Source: Fimbriosthenelais zetlandica (taxonomy: Eukaryota). Taken from it: a DNA stretch of 64,000 bases. Within the stretch, counting starts at the first letter, position 1, and each line of letters starts with the position of its first letter. A program made the translations under genes and the position numbers. Location of the stretch: assembly GCA_977030845.1 (NCBI GenBank), contig OZ365110.1:23560001-23624000 (forward strand). The letters run 5' to 3'. The notes under the pieces were generated by a model, which saw only the letters and a program-made list of their open reading frames with translations, was not told where the DNA came from and ran no database searches. Positions 37,861 to 50,061 of the stretch are shown here, one piece after another.

Positions 37861-40439
37861 AGTGTCACCTCGCCTCTCAAATCTCAGTAGACCTATAGCA
37901 TAACCTCCATACCTTCACTGTAATACCTATCAGCCCACCTGAGAGCTCCTCAATGATGGATAGTTTTACCTCTCTACATGACTAGCATTGTTCTCATTTT
38001 GCCCTCGTATCTAGAACACTTGCATACTATTGTCAATGGGTATAATACACAGAAGTGTACACAAGGTTGTACATATTCCCATATTATATATTATCAACCC
38101 AAATTACTGTGATATGATATATAAACGGGCAGGTAGCCCAGTGTAATTCATTATTTATCACCGCCCCACCCCCATTTTGACAACTGGAATCCACTATATA
38201 CTCCTGCCTATACATTTGACATAATATTCTACATCCATTTAATTTTTATTTTACATTGGTTCAGTAATATAAGAGGTTACTCATAGAGCAACTAAGAAGT
38301 GTGTTTGTTACATAGCTCATTCATTACAGCTAGAGGACAACTCCCCAACAATGTATTGCACTGACTGCACTTACTGCATTCAGTGAGTATTTGACAGGTT
38401 ACCAACATTCCAGAAACATACAGAGCTGGAATAAATAATATTTTCCCAATTTACCTGGAGCAAATTACTCTTTGCGGCGGAATACTTGGGATTCCCATAC
38501 AGTGTATTCTTTGGACTACCATGACTTTTGAGTGCATGTACCCCAGGCAGTCTGTTCATTGTACTGTCCATTGTTGGAGAATAGATTGACCTTGACTTAA
38601 AATTGGACCCTGTCAATATAGACAATGCTGATCATGGCACCAGAGTAGCTGTAGAAACCCATTGTCACCTTGTCAAGCTCCCGGGCCGGCCAATCACCTA
38701 AGTGTGGCCTCTATGGCCCTACGATCCTTGTTTATGTAGCTGTTTTTCCCGGTGTCCTAGCGTTTAGACCAAACACCTATATTACTTGAAACCAAAATAC
38801 TACTCGCAATCACTCCCATGGCGCCCAGTACAATCCCAATTGGCTGATCATCAAGTGTGTCGAGCATTTCAGATAAACCCCTAAACACTAATGTGGTGGT
38901 TGAACAAGTTAAAATCGGCATCAGTGATCCCTCCCATGTGCGATTTAAGTGTCTTAAGAACACTGTTCACGTTCTCCGGAGGGTATCAACTATTGTTGTG
39001 TAAATGAAGGTGGTGAGTATTCACCTACCCTGATTCAACTCTCACCCTGTGAGGTTTGCGCTTGAGAGATTTCCTAACTTTAACATTTCTTAAGATCAAT
39101 ACTTTACTTCTTTCATTTTGATCCAGCCACACTTTTCATATCTGAAACAAGAAACAATTTAACTAGAAAAAAATGCACATTTCCCACTTCCAGACACTTG
39201 TGTTTGTCACGATCGACGATGCTGTTTTTCTTTTAAAAACATGCCATATCGAATGACATCCCATTGTCCCTCCCCAAGAAAAGCCATGTCACATATCACT
39301 TAGTACTGATGACATGGCTTATGTTACTTTCACCGGTGAAACAGACCCGGTGAATTTTACATGCAACCGGCTATTTTATAGGCCACGAGTTCAATATACT
39401 TTGTATTCATCTTTTTCTTAAATACGCTTTTTGATGGAAGTTTGGTGGCAATTATGAATGGTACGTTTGGTCCCATTAAAACCCCGTTCTCTATTGTATA
39501 ACCAATGTGCTCATTGACCGATTCTCTGGTTCCCTCATTGTTTCTTGTTTCTTTTTATCATGATTAATAGGGATGTAAACAATGCAGGCTACGGCCTATG
39601 TTCCCTTAACCCACTCCCGATAGCGCAATTTTGTCAAATAATTGCCTCGGAAAAAAAACTCTCACTTCCCCAACCAAGTGCTTAAGTGAATTATGTGAAA
39701 ACCAATTACCCCAGAAACATTTTTTCTACTTTTTTACGTTGCCCGTTTCTTGCAAAGAAATGGACCCCCCTCTAAAACATTATTTTTGGGCACAGGAAAT
39801 ATTTTTTCCTTTCATGCCATTATTCAATTTAAAGGCAAGGAAACATTTCTTAAATAGGCAAAAAATAAATTGCTTGGTTTCCTGAAGTTTCCCTGAGGAC
39901 TATGGGCTTAAAGTCTGGGATGATATCACAGTTTACTCAGCTGAACATCATGTAATTGCATTATCATAAAAAAGCAATTTAATTTTTTCGGACTTGGATA
40001 TGATGTTCTAAAGAATTTCTAATCTCTGCCTAACGATTACACACAACTGAAAGCCGCGAGTAATCTTTAAGTCTTGTTATCATCTACAAACATGTCTACA
40101 ATTTCTTTGTAATCGCATACATTTGTATTTCTAAAATTCACTGTAAATTTACAATTTCCTAAAATATTATCTTCGATTGCAATAGTGATATCTATTCCAG
40201 TCTAGCAAGTTGATCGATAATTCTGGAATGATATAGATCTAGTCACCTCCAAGTTCTATTTGAAAAAAAAGATCCCTTAACTTGGATTCCCCTAGGGTAT
40301 GATTGCCATAGCAGGAAGATATCTCCAAATATAAAATGGGGAAAAAATTGACATACACCTCTCAGTGGCTCTCCTCCATCTGATCCTGTGACATTTACCC
40401 CGACTCTGCACCGCCAGTATATGAAGCAGCACACCATGA

Positions 40440-40600
40440 ACAACATCCCTCCCTATATCTCACCACTTCAATATGGTCAGCCGGGCTGGTACTCCTCCAA
40501 AGCCTTTGGAATTAAAGGTCGTAGATCTTGTAGAGCTGAAGGGCATGGAGAGGCATGGACTTCTATTACCCTATAATAGATATCAGATAGACCCACCATG
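40440..40600 (+). pseudogene. Possible Penelope-like GIY-YIG endonuclease relic
   Basis: A frame not in the ORF track reads TTSLPISHHFN...LELKVVDLVE, resembling the LP(V/I)..HFN...L.V motif. It is flanked by stops. Confidence 0.25.
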
Positions 40601-42138
40601 AGCATGTCTAATATACACACTAACAAATGAGAAATATGATTCTATCAGATTTTGAAAGATAAAATTCCCAGAGAAATACCTCCAAAATAAACACTTGTCT
40701 GCTATTGACAGGCATGTTAAAAACCTATTCTGAAATGTTAGCTATCCTCGCTATCCTTACACCGGTCTCATGTAGGATTCCTGTGACTTGTTTGTGGCAA
40801 ACTGCGAGGTAATATTAAAACCATGGAATATTTAAAGCTACTGGAATTCTACGCTTTGATGGAGAAAACTAAGATTTTATCAAAAAGGGAAAGCCACATT
40901 CAGACGTACATTATAGTGAATATAGAAAAAGAGTTGATGGCGGTATATACATAGATGAGAGTGTCGTCTCGCTGCCGCACCATAAGCTGAGAGTGGCCAA
41001 TTTCACTGCGTCATGACATCCATATAATCCATATCACCATCCCAGATTCTCACCTCAAGCTTTCTCCAATCCTTCATCCCACATTCATTCCGGGCATGTG
41101 ACACAATTCAAAAGATACTCAAACAGAGATTGTGTTGTAACAATGGATACTGTGTCAGAGAATACTTGTTAATATTGGCTTTGAACTGAGTCAAAATGAA
41201 TTGAATGAAGTGAAAAATCTAAACCAGAAGGAACGGTTTCTGAAGACCTTGAATGACTTGCCATGAAATTAATTCCTGATCTATACTGCTCATTAGGAGG
41301 AGAAATTAAGTGCAGAAAGGTGATGAATCGTTCCTAGCGGACACTATGTAACAAGCCGATCCCATTACAACCTGCATAAAACACCACCAGTAGCCTGTCT
41401 CTATAAGGCTAGAACGGAGAGAGATCCAAGTAAGAAAGACTCCTGATAAGATTGCTACTGATCTCGTTAATTCTAAACAATACCACCCGGCCGCCTTATC
41501 AAGCCTATTGTACTGGAAAAACGGATGGGAACCTATATCTACGCGAGCTGAATATTGTACTAAGATCTTATTCTCACTAGGTCGATTTAACCTGCCTTTC
41601 AGTTTCACGATTAAAGGGTAACACTAGTATCATGTAGGGTGCATAGTAAACTACTCACAAAATGGTCTCATTAGATCCTTTGGGAAAGAGAAATCCATTT
41701 TCAAGGTGTCAACCGCTGTTGCAGTACCAAAGACAATTATTCATGGTGGCTGTGTGACGTCATTGTACTCAATCTACAAAAGTCCTTGAAAGAGAAATAA
41801 AACAATGGACTGACTGTTTGGCACACTGCCAGTGGAACCCTCGGTTGAATACATAGGCCTAATCTTTTAAATTCCCATTGTTATGTGGTGAGAAACAAGA
41901 TAGTAAGCCTTACAGCCAACGACAGACATGTGTGCTCTTAGCCACCATCTTTATTGCTATATTATGCACAACATAAGGGGCCTCATAGACAGTGGCAAGG
42001 CAACGATCGCTTAACACATACAAAATCATTCACGCCATATATGACAGACGCTCAATGGAGAAAAAGCTCTTGAATCATCACTCTTATTTCTCACTTTCAC
42101 CCCCAGAGTATTTATTTCCTCCTGTTTGTAACTCAAAG

Positions 42139-42172
42139 CAACGAGTATAGAAAGAAGTTTCTATACTCGTTG
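42139..42172. repeat. Perfect 15-bp-stem hairpin, probable end of a HINE-like element
   Basis: CAACGAGTATAGAAA-gaag-TTTCTATACTCGTTG. Confidence 0.75.
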
Positions 42173-45100
42173 TTCAAAGTGACTGCCTTGTAATCCTTAA
42201 TAATGGAATTCATACTTGCTTCCACTATTGCTTTCGACCGCCATATCGTTGAGTATTATGACGTCATAATGGCGCCCATCAGCTCAATATAACTTCGATG
42301 GTTTACTTGAAATAACTTGCTAAGCAGTTCAAGTTTTTTTGCTTTAAAAATCCTACAGGATACTAGTGTCTCTCCCCTTTAAAGGGAATATTCATACTAG
42401 CTAATGGGAATGAACATTGGCATAAGAATGATTTCAATTGATTGATCGATTTTCAATTTGCACCTATGATTTATAAAAAAAAAATAGAACAATACACTTA
42501 GTTACTTTCACAGTCATGTCTCCAATTCGATTTTTCATTTCAAATACGAGCCTAGAATTTTCTGATATATCAATTCTTTAAAGCAGGGTTGTTGGTCGAG
42601 AGAAGACCGGCTTTAATGACATGTACTATTTGGTTTCAAGTCTCACAATTCAATATTTTCTGTTAAAGGTCGAACTTGGGTTTTCTATTTCATTTGCATA
42701 TCAAATTAACAATTGTGTTTTTTTACCATATTGGATTTGAACTTAGAGCATACCAGAGGGACATCCTTCCGATCACTGGGTTGCAGTTGTTATTCCAGAG
42801 AGTACTTTTGTATTTGTGCTATGTCTCTGGCATTTAAGTTTCAACCTGAATGAACCTGAATTTACTGATATTTCTATATGATGTTCAATTATGCAATGTC
42901 TCCTTTGGTATTCAAGTTTGGACGGGAATGACCTAGACCCCCTTTCACTTAATTATTCACAATAACTCGGCAACAATAACGTCGATCAATGAAACAAAGT
43001 ACTTAGTAAAGCCGCGTGCAGTCCACACATAATTGTTCAATAGGCCGATTGGCAGCTATTCCACTGATCAACCTCCTACTACAGGCCCAGTATACCTTCA
43101 ATGCAAAACGGAAGCTAACAGAAGCAGTTTTACTTGTCTATATGACATTTTCTTTGCCCTGGGTTTACCATAGAGCTCAAGCTAGCACGGCTATTGTGTG
43201 TAAAGTCTTGACAGGAGACTTGCCAAGCTTCTTACTGTATTCATTGGTTGCATTTATTAGGGTTATTGATTAGGTTATGCAAGCCTTAGGAGCACTTGAC
43301 ACTATTGACACTATTCATGGGCGTCGATAGAGACCAGTGTGTATAGAATATCACTGACAGCAGGTTGGCACTATGCCTCCTTCATCTAAACATATACCCT
43401 CCAATACACAGATTCAGTATAGGGATTAATTCCAACCAATTCTAAATAATATAATATTGGCCTTAAACTGTTTTCCAGTAATTTGATTTTCCATATACTG
43501 CAGGGTTATATAATTTAAATTAATAAAAAAAGAAAGAAGAATAAGTATAAGAACAAGTCGTCGATATTACGTCAAATGTTCATTGTTTAGAGCAAACTTT
43601 AGATTTTCATCATATGATAAAAACATGATTTAAAAATAATTAATTTCGAGAAATTTTCTTTTTCCCCATCAGGATTTTAGTACCACAGTCTTTAACAAGA
43701 TATTTTAAGGCGTCCTAGTGTGTTCAATGATGTGTACAATGCTGGACTTGAGTCCTTCATATCTTTTATGGAAAACTTCATTATGACAGAGAGTGGGCCA
43801 GCATAAAAGCTCTGATATAAAACAATCCATGCTAATTGCCTCTGGGACGGATTTATGTCAGAACCTGATTGTCACAAGTCAGAAGCCTGGAAATAATACT
43901 GTCGAAGGTGATCCGCAGTAAAGAAATCACCATCCCACAATCAGCCTGAGGCAGGTTTTAATGCATTAAACTCTCAGACTTCACCTTTGAAATCTTAGCC
44001 AGGATATGAGTGATTTAATTGGTGCGAAAGGAAGAATTTTACTCATATATTTCACTTGGTTTATTCAAGGAGGTCGGCCTAAATTTGATGCTATAATTGG
44101 GGAATAAGCTTCCTGTAGTGTGGGTCAAGATTCTTGCAGGTTGGAACTGCAGATTATGCTGTGGAACTTCATGCACATTTCTTATTAAAATTACTATATT
44201 ATATATGGTAAACCCAATATATATAATCTATTATATTCTTTTGATTCTGGCAAATGGAAAAGTAGACTGGTGAATAATAAAAATAGATCAATGTTACAAG
44301 ATCAGTCTTCAATACGCTTTATGGTGCAGACAGCAGTTGGTCTATACTACTTCTGATATCTGATGCCTATTTCCTCAGCAATGAATAAGGTTTCACTGAC
44401 AGATTAATTACCATATTGTAAGTCCCATCCTTCACTATATCATGCTCAAGTTTTTTTTCGAAGTTAAGACCGAATAAAAACACGGACCCAGGCACTCATA
44501 AATAGTAGAGTGTAACTGGTCCATGTTTCACCGTGTGGGGTAGGAAATATTGGTGGAGATATCTCCCCAGGCTAATGTCATATTCCTGGTTGAGTGCCAG
44601 CTAGACTAGAAATATCTACCAGGATACAGCCTGGATTTCTCCTGCCAATGTTTTCAAGGCCCGCTTTAAGGAGGGTGATTCAAGACATGCTGTGATTGCA
44701 AGTAGGACTAATGGGTCTCATTTTCTTTTTCCTTACAAGTCATCTGAAACTGCACCTTGGAAACTACATCTTGGTTTCAAATACAGCACGCCTGCCGTTG
44801 CAAGTCATTCCATCCCATCTCATCCATACTTAATTCCTGTAACATTATTACTGCAATCTACGCTATAAATTATTTTAATTATCTAACTTCTCCTTTGGGT
44901 ATGCAATGTATGAAGATTCAAGATGGATCAGAAGTAATTATTCGAAAACTGTAACAGGTAATAATAATTATAATGTTTATCTTCTATATTGTACAACACG
45001 TACTTGGGCCATGTTCTTATCAAATTCTCACTACAGTGCAACCCAGACTTGAGGGCCTCTTGAAGTATCCTTAAATTATGTCTTACCTTGAAGACAGGGT

Positions 45101-48100
45101 TTCTCTGATCTTTGTGTTATACCTGTTGTTGTTAATCAGACACAGGAACTGGTTATCTGATACTTTGTCTTGGATCTATTATGATGAAACATACATTATG
45201 TAATACATTGTCAGTGATCCTTTACCACAGATGTCCCTTACACAATATCATCCGTGTCAGGCTTTGTCTGTACTAGGTCTCATATCATTTAATATACAAT
45301 AAATGTGGCACATTAGTTTCCGATCAATCACATCCCTGCAGGTTAACAGGAGATGAGTTTCCGTCCAGCAAATTAAGATAAAATTAAATACCGCAGTATG
45401 TCAATCCTTTTTTTATGCAAAAGAGTGTAAAATAGTCCTGGAGTTGGAATTGCTTATTTCCTTCCATAATTTTGAGCATGGGGACATAAAATAACTAAAG
45501 AGGCGACAGAATTGATCGCAGCAGGCCCCATTAGTGTTAATGATTCTTTCTTATACATTGGTCTCTCCCTCTCTAACTCTCTCGCTGATTCCCTTTGCTG
45601 TTTCTTAGGCATGAACTTCTCGTATCACATTGATTTTGGAGGTTTGAATGAGGGCTTAATTGATATGAGGGAACAGAAAAAGCAACCATCAAATTTTCTT
45701 TTGGTGCACTCCCCCATCCCCTTTGTTGGTTCTGGGAATTCTCGGACTGTTACTCATTGAAGTAATGCATGTTTGTCTGTGAGTTCCTTTTCGGTGGTTT
45801 ATTTATATAATATCCATTTTCTGAACCAATTTAATGGATTTTGCCGACCAAGAGTCAATCTGCAGGAGACCATGCAGTCAATCCAATGGCCAATGCATCC
45901 CCACCTAAAGATATTTGTACAAATGCATGTTCATTTCATCTGTATTCATTAGCTGTAAATCTGCCCCAATTTGATCAATTTCTTCTAATCATGGTATAAA
46001 AGGGAGTTCCCGTTTAAGCCAGGACAGCCAGTGTCGCCCACGTCAGTTGAAGGGATGCACTCAGCCCACATTTACATTGGGCAAAGAACTCAAGTGAATC
46101 AAAGCATTAATTCCATGTCTATAATTTCATGGCCGAAATGCACAAGAAGCATGTTGTCATTAATGGTTTCCTAACCTTGTTTCCAAGGCTAAATAACTTA
46201 ATAAACGCGTGGAGAATTTTTAATCTTTTCTTCCTTTATCCTGTTGAATACATAAAGATGTTATTCAATATAGGAAAACCTCTGTAAATTTATGTATACA
46301 TGCATGTCAGCAGTTTCAAATTGCCAGCAGTTTAATTTGCGATTATTCCAAGCATTTCTGCAATACCGGAGAAAGGACTTTAATTCATGATGGAAAGATG
46401 TATGGATGCAAGCTTCAGACTGTATTACAGTGTGTAGTTATTAATTAGTTCAATGCCTTTCCATTACTGCTCATAATAATAGTAATAATGGATGAATTAT
46501 GTTTGAGTAATGGGGATAATTAATTTGTTATGCTCTCAAATAATGACTGAATCAGAGCACCATCTGTATCTGTAAACTTTGTCTCCGTGAGAAGAATGCA
46601 TTAATATATTATGTTCATCGTTAGACAAGCTAAATCCACAATGATACATTTTAACATGGTCTCTTCTGATCAATGGGCTTGCATTAAAGCAGATGACAAT
46701 CATTAGGGAACTACATGAAGGAAAAATGATTTGCAGACTTTATTAATTACCTGGGGATACGTAACTAAGCTATTTGAGGCACATACATTATGTTTTATTA
46801 AAAAGACAAAAATATAATAAAGTGTCATTTTAACTCTTCGTCCCACTCATCTTTTATCAATACGTTCTAATGAAATCTATTTCCTTCCTTTCCCCTTTCC
46901 TTCCTTTGTCTCTCACGTGCTTTCCTCTTCCTTCTTTTGCATTAGTTAATTAAACTATTTGTGTAAAGATTATATTTTGTATTAACTGAAGAGAAAACAA
47001 ATTATAAATAGTTCACATTACACACGTCGTGAAATAAGTTCTAATCAACTATGAAGGCAAGGATCGAATTTAAATACAAGGACATCCAAAGGCAACTTTC
47101 ATTCCTTCATGCGAAAATTAAACAAGATTAACAGCAACAAAACTTCAGATAAAATCTCGCCCTTGAAGATTGAAATATAGGAAATGTGTCTGGTTACCGT
47201 TTTCCTCAGGTGGCTGGGCTTGGAAGTGAACACTGATGTTGCTTTGAGGGAAGCGGACTGAAGGCGATAGAAACTGGAGATAAATGATTCTATGTTACAG
47301 TGGGGGATTCTCTTATGCATGGCAGATCCGCGTCTGGAGGGGCTAAGCGTTTCCTTGTCGGAAACCTTTATATGAGAGTGTCTTGCTCGGCGTTTAAATG
47401 AAGCAAGTTTTTTTCTTCGTGAATTCTTTATCCCGTTAATAGCTATTCCATTGTCTTCTTCAGACTGCCTTCCCCATATCCTTCCTCCATGGCACCTCTC
47501 TTTTCTCCCTGCCCTGCTGTTCTAGCTCCCTCCTGCCACTTTGTCTACCTTCAAGTCGGGTGAACTTAGGCCTACTGTCTTTTACAAGGTGATCCCTTCA
47601 CCAATATTTCTCCTTTACAACAATGGAAATTTAACATGTAACAGGAAGTCATCAGAAGACCAGTCAACTTTTTGTACTGTGATGAATTGTTACTGGGATG
47701 CCTGATTTTCTTAAATTTGTTCATCTCTAGATTGGAACAAATTCTTTCCCTACTCCATTATTCGAATTGGCGAGGTTAGTATTATAGCTAAGAGGATGAC
47801 TGGCACTGGGCTGTCATGGAAGTACTTTAATGTGTAGAGAGAGGTGGTGGTCCGATCATTAATTAAATTGTAAAAAATCATTTGTAATTTGTTGCAACAG
47901 CGAAAAATACATGCTAATTGCTCTGAAGGAAAATTTGGGAGACAGCACCTCGTTCTACTGGCCTGTTTTTTTTTCTTTAGGAATTATCAAGCAACACCAC
48001 CTCCCAAAACGTCAATGACGAAAGAAATAACTGTTCAAAAAGTTGCATACCGAATCATAAATTTGGGCAAGATAAAATCTGATTAAATGCAGATTGGGTC

Positions 48101-49648
48101 CAGATGGGCTAACTCCAGTTTTCTGGAGTTTTACCCATTAATTTATTTTTGATGTAAAAGCCATATCACCCATAATGATATATACATGCCTGGCCAATTG
48201 AGATACTAAGCACAGGAGAATGATTTGGACATCTTCAATAGATTTGTCCTTTGCCAACAAAAAGGAATAAAAGACTTATTTGCTAAATGCAAAAAGGTTT
48301 TAATCACTTTTGAAATCCACACTTCCTTTATTAACCTCCAATGTCGGGGTTCATGATTGGAAAACAATGTAAAAAGTTGCTCTTCAAGAGAAAAATGTCT
48401 TTCATTTGCTTTTTTTCTCAAAAGAAAGAGATGGTTTGTGAAGATCTCCGTTTGAAATTTCAGACAGTGCCTAGGAGCTTCTTAATTACAGAGGAAAATC
48501 TGTGTATTTACCCATCAAATTAATCATCAAATTAAACTCGGTTTAAAAAGCTTCAGAGCCCGAGGCCAGTTCTTCGTATTGGTTGCAAAGCCCCGACATT
48601 GTAAGCCCACCTTGAAATATAAACTCGTATTTCCAATATTCCAGCATCTACAATGCGGTCTGATGAAGGTCCACAAACACTGTTTTTCAGTTATTCGGTA
48701 GAGGAAACCTTGGAAGGTGAATTAGTGCTAGGAACGCCCGTTTGGTGGCAGTACCATCAGAGTGAAACAGCTTTATAGGCTTGTCAGCACTGGGGAAGGT
48801 GGTATTGGCTGAGTTTCTCATTCACTGCTCACTCAGTAGCAGAAGAGGCCTTGTACTAAGCATCAATGACACACCCTTCTGTTTCTACCTTCCAGAAACA
48901 TCCAAGACTTTTTAGGCCGACTGCAACATTTTTTATTACCCTGAAACAAGTGGAGTGACAGATTGCAGTTAGCCAAAAGTGCAGCTTTAACTGGGATTTA
49001 AGGACTCTCCCGCGTATTTGCATTGAAATTCTCATTGTTACAAGTATTGAAACTTCAAGGAAACTCTTGTAAAGGATGAAGTTCTATAAAGTATAGAAGA
49101 GTGGATTATTATCTTCACTACATGTGTGTAGCCTACTGATTAAATTAATGCCACATACTGATTGTACATCTAAGGTAGAAGGAAAGCATCTGGAAAGAAG
49201 CCTGTGCATGACTGGAGGCAAGCCAAGAGCTTAATACAGACTAAAATATCAGAGTTGCCAGATAAAAGGATCCTCCATTGAAATGTGAAGGAAGAAAAAA
49301 GAGATCTGGGCAAATGATTCTTCACCGAAGAGTGCGAAGTTCACCGGCTTTGGATGTCACGCAAACTGAATACAAATAGCAGAGGAAAAGGAGGAGGTGG
49401 AGAACTAGGAAGACAGAGGAGGAGATTTTAAGCTTAATGATCTCCGTACACAATGTGAGGATTAATTTCTGGAGGAAAAGGTCGTGTTTAATGTGTTCTT
49501 CTGAATGACTCAAAGGGCATGTGTCAAGGCTGATTGACCATGTTTGTTAATATGGAATGTGTGGAAGCCGATAGCATTAAAACCTCATTGCATGACCCAT
49601 GTTGATGGTTACACTTGGTTTTGCCCTAACAAACAATGCATTTCCTAG

Positions 49649-50061
49649 ATATAGGTGGGTCCCTACCAAGGGAATGCCACCAGGTTCTGGCCCAAGACCC
49701 ACAACCTTGGACCAACAGAGTGAATGAACAACAAACAACACACCTCCTCCAAATACTTCATTGCCTTCCACTCTTCCTACTTTCACAACTACCGCGAGCT
49801 GCTCCCAGTCTTACCCATTCAGCCTCGCCTCCAAGGGCAGGCAGCTCTAGGTACCAAGGTGCTATACACACATAAAAGACTGGAGTTGTTTCTGTCGCCA
49901 GGATTGGCTTCAGGGGATACTGCAATCACACTGGCAAGAAATTTGTAAAAGAGATCTTTTAAAAAGCAGCAGAAGAGTAAGTAGGGGAGAAGGGCTTCTG
50001 CTAAAAAAAAAGCAAAAAAAGCTGGAGACAACCAGCAGGCACAGAGGTAAAAGCCCTTTCA
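49649..50061 (+). other. Candidate 5' UTR portion of the receptor coding exon
   Basis: Branch-like CTAAC (49626-49630) followed by catttcctAG (AG at 49647-49648). The pyrimidine tract is short, so this is a moderate acceptor. Confidence 0.4.

Noticed and set aside
39304-39350. Hammerhead ribozyme cores (CTGATGA...GAAA here; also 5070, 48659, 58002)
   Set aside because: No stem II closing onto GAAA and no consistent stems I and III.
43673-43910. Strong + strand acceptor (ttttctttttccccatcAG) as an extra leader exon
   Set aside because: No convincing donor downstream and stops in all frames, so it cannot be supported without transcripts.
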